Assembly (NCBI GenBank): GCA_963924565.1
Contig: OZ004607.1
Location: forward strand, 11,718,001 to 11,782,000
DNA from: Ascidiella aspersa
Taxonomy: Eukaryota
Length of the DNA stretch: 64,000 nucleotides
Direction: 5' to 3'
Below the pieces are notes generated by a model. That model was not told the origin of the DNA. It was given only the letters and a program-made list of their open reading frames with translations, and did no database searches. A program made the position numbers and the translations under genes. Shown here one piece after another: positions 61,601 to 64,000 of this stretch (positions within the stretch are counted from its first letter, which is position 1; the number at the start of each line of letters is the position of its first letter).

Positions 61601-63374
61601 GCAAGTGAAATATAGGTGAATCGTAAGAAGCACAAAATAGTTAATTCACATGTCATAACATGCTACAGTATGTCACCTTCGACCTAAAAATATTTCCCTC
61701 AAAGGGTTGTTTATGACAAAATTTTACATTCACATTTCTAAATTTGAGATAAAAAACAAACACAGTATTAAATATAAATCAATTCCAATTTTAGTTTAGG
61801 CAGATGTTTTTTTTTATGTTAATTTATGATTTATTTAATTTACCAACTAATGTTTTAAAATATTAGTTTCTGTTCATTAGATTGTTTTGCTACTTTCCTA
61901 TTTTTGACGTTTCAGCAAAACTACAAAAATAATAATCAGCCATTAAGTTTTAAATTATATTTTAGCAGTTTTATTAAAAAACTTTAATTTTTTATAAAAC
62001 AACAAAAGTTGCGCAAACATTTTTTATACTTAGGCGAGGGAGGTAAGCAACCACAGAGCTCCACACACCCACACAATATAACAATGCTAAATTTAACTGT
62101 GTGCACAGTGTACTTTGACTGTTGTGGCTGCATTAGACACGTTTATAGTCTCTGAAAAACTATAAAATGACCTCAAATACTATGCCTTGTACCCGTTTTG
62201 ATGATATTTTATCATTTTTTTTTTTGAAAAAATATTATTTGAAGTGACACTGAGTGCTGGGCCACACCAAAACATCAGTCGGGTTGGACATCCCTAGATT
62301 AACTTTGACTTAAAAAGTTACATATTCCTGCGCCTGTGTTTTGCATTCTGTCATACCAGCCACAGTAAAGTTCTCATTTCAACTTAAAACTAAATCAAAT
62401 TTTCTTTATATAGGACCCAGACACCGAAGCACTGCTGGCAAGTGATTTTGAGATTGGACACATGATACGAGAGCGGATCGTCCCCCGAGCTGTCCTCTAC
62501 TTTACCGGGGAAGTCAACGATGAAGATGATTATGATGAGGAAGAAGAGGAAGATGATGAAGAAGGAGGAGGAGTAAGCCATAAGAACGTTTTTTGTGTTT
62601 AAATCCAAGGCTTGTAAAACTAGGGGTTGTGCAATGAGTTTTTGGTGTAAAAGTAGACCTACAATTTACACACAACTCTTAAATTGAAATAAATTGTAAT
62701 TTTTTAACCTATATTAATGAAAAGGTCAAAACGAAAAAAAATCCTAATACCTGACTGAGCTGCAATTTATTTCAATGTTGGGTTAATCATTGACTTGTCA
62801 ACTATAAAGGGATTATAAAAATAAAATAAAAGGTTTGCAAATTGCAAAGTTTAAAAAGCTGTGCTTTAAACAACATATTTATATTAACATGTTGCCTGTT
62901 GCACTTGAAGCTTTCTGAAATCTGTCAATATCAAAAATGCTATTTATTTAATTTGTCCCCATTTTACCGGTAAGATTAAGCAGGCTTAGTATTGCAAGTT
63001 TATAAGCTTAGGAGCTTGGATTTGCTTACTGACAACATCCAAGATGTAATTTTATGAAAAATCAATACTAAAATCTTAATTACCAATTTATAACAATAAA
63101 ATTACTCGGCTTGCGTTCGGTTTTTATAATGTAATGGAGAAGCTAAAATTTAGTTAAAAAAGCTAAATATAAAAACTATACAGATTTATATTTTATCAAT
63201 ACCAGCAGTTTTATGTGTATCATTAAACATAAACATCTATGTGTATAATTAGTTAATTTTAGATGATGTACACTTTTTCTTCAGAGAGTAACTGTTTCTT
63301 ACGTTTTCTAGTTTAACCTTGGTGAATCTGTTGATGATTCGGATTCAGCAAATGACTCTGACTTTGACCCACAG
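55638..63374 (+). CDS. NAP1L1: Nucleosome assembly protein 1-like (NAP1L1/NAP1L4 co-ortholog), 3' end beyond window
   Basis: Exons: 55638-55734, 55953-56055, 56617-56758, 57474-57584, 57931-57973, 58257-58402, 58979-59118, 60050-60195, 60698-60720, 62414-62572, 63312-63374. Motifs: MMQNPQVLAALQQRLD, LPKVIKRRIHALKNLQ, GIPEFWLTIFKN, EPFSFEGPEI, KKQKHKGRGTVRTVTK...SFFNFF, DFEIGH..RERIVPRAVLYFTGE. The last exon ends in a donor, so there is no stop in the window. Confidence 0.93.
59252..59429 (+). ncRNA. Candidate intronic H/ACA-like RNA in NAP1L1 intron 7
   Basis: Two consecutive hairpins followed by ACA (59424-59426) plus 3 nt. The hinge lacks a canonical ANANNA H box. Confidence 0.35.
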
Positions 63375-64000
63375 GTAAACTAGTGATTAAAAATGTTGTG
63401 TGATGTATTCTAGGTGATATGTTTACACAGACACAGTTCTTAACTTGTAGTCTAAGATAAGGTTATCCACTTATATATTTTAGAAATCTCTTTAATAAAT
63501 ATAAAAATGTCTTGAGCCTTGCATTAAAAAAAACGACTTGGCAAGAAAACGGGAGTAATTCCAGATTTTTTTTGTTTGGGCAGAGAGTTTCAAAACTGAC
63601 ATTGGGTAACGTTAAAATCCTCCGGTACACATTTAGTTTGTTTTGGTAAACTAGATTGTTGTTACAATAGCCATATTGTATTTTCCTATTTAGTTCCAAT
63701 AAAGCAGGACAAATACCCTAACTAGATTAGGTTGGCAAAAACTGCATTTTTAAAAAATTGGTCCTACCATGGTAACACATGTACATTAAAAAAGTACAAT
63801 AAAATATTGTTTAAAGTTTGCTGTTTTAACTACTGTAGAATACAAATAAAATGTACACAGTGCTATGGGCCATTTTTTTGCAAAGTCTAAAGCTTTTAAC
63901 TTGTCACTATACTAATAATGTTTAGGCATCCTTCAGTTTGGAAATCTTAAATTGTTATCACCTTGGCTATTAGATAATCTGATTGATTAGCATTTATGTA

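Overview
AT-rich, intron-containing animal genomic DNA. Compact 48-130 nt introns, mosaic CpG depletion and abundant hAT MITEs suggest an invertebrate chordate such as an ascidian; this taxon call is inference. Five protein genes were reconstructed by hand with phase-consistent GT-AG junctions: (1) an intronless SLC49/FLVCR-like MFS transporter (+, 3467-4867); (2) MYBBP1A (-, 22 coding exons, 35946-5664, ~1252 aa); (3) an ankyrin-repeat gene (+, ~17.5-21.2 kb) nested antisense in the 11.4-kb intron 16 of MYBBP1A; (4) PCNX4 (+, 17 exons, 37095-48626, ~1239 aa), head-to-head with MYBBP1A; (5) NAP1L1/4-like (+, from 55638, running off the window). The most unusual element is a 2.95-kb Sola2-like foldback transposon that fills ~97% of MYBBP1A intron 2. 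It has ~1.05-kb inverted arms that both carry the transposase 5' end, a ~200-bp perfectly identical patch between otherwise diverged arms, and a transposase N-terminus resembling ARL14EP. Other items are hAT MITEs with intact TSDs (one nested, with a 5-bp TSD), palindromic MITE families, an L1/Tx1 relic, a candidate intronic H/ACA RNA, and a 5'-restricted CpG-depletion pattern inside genes. All homology calls rest on recognised motifs, not database searches.
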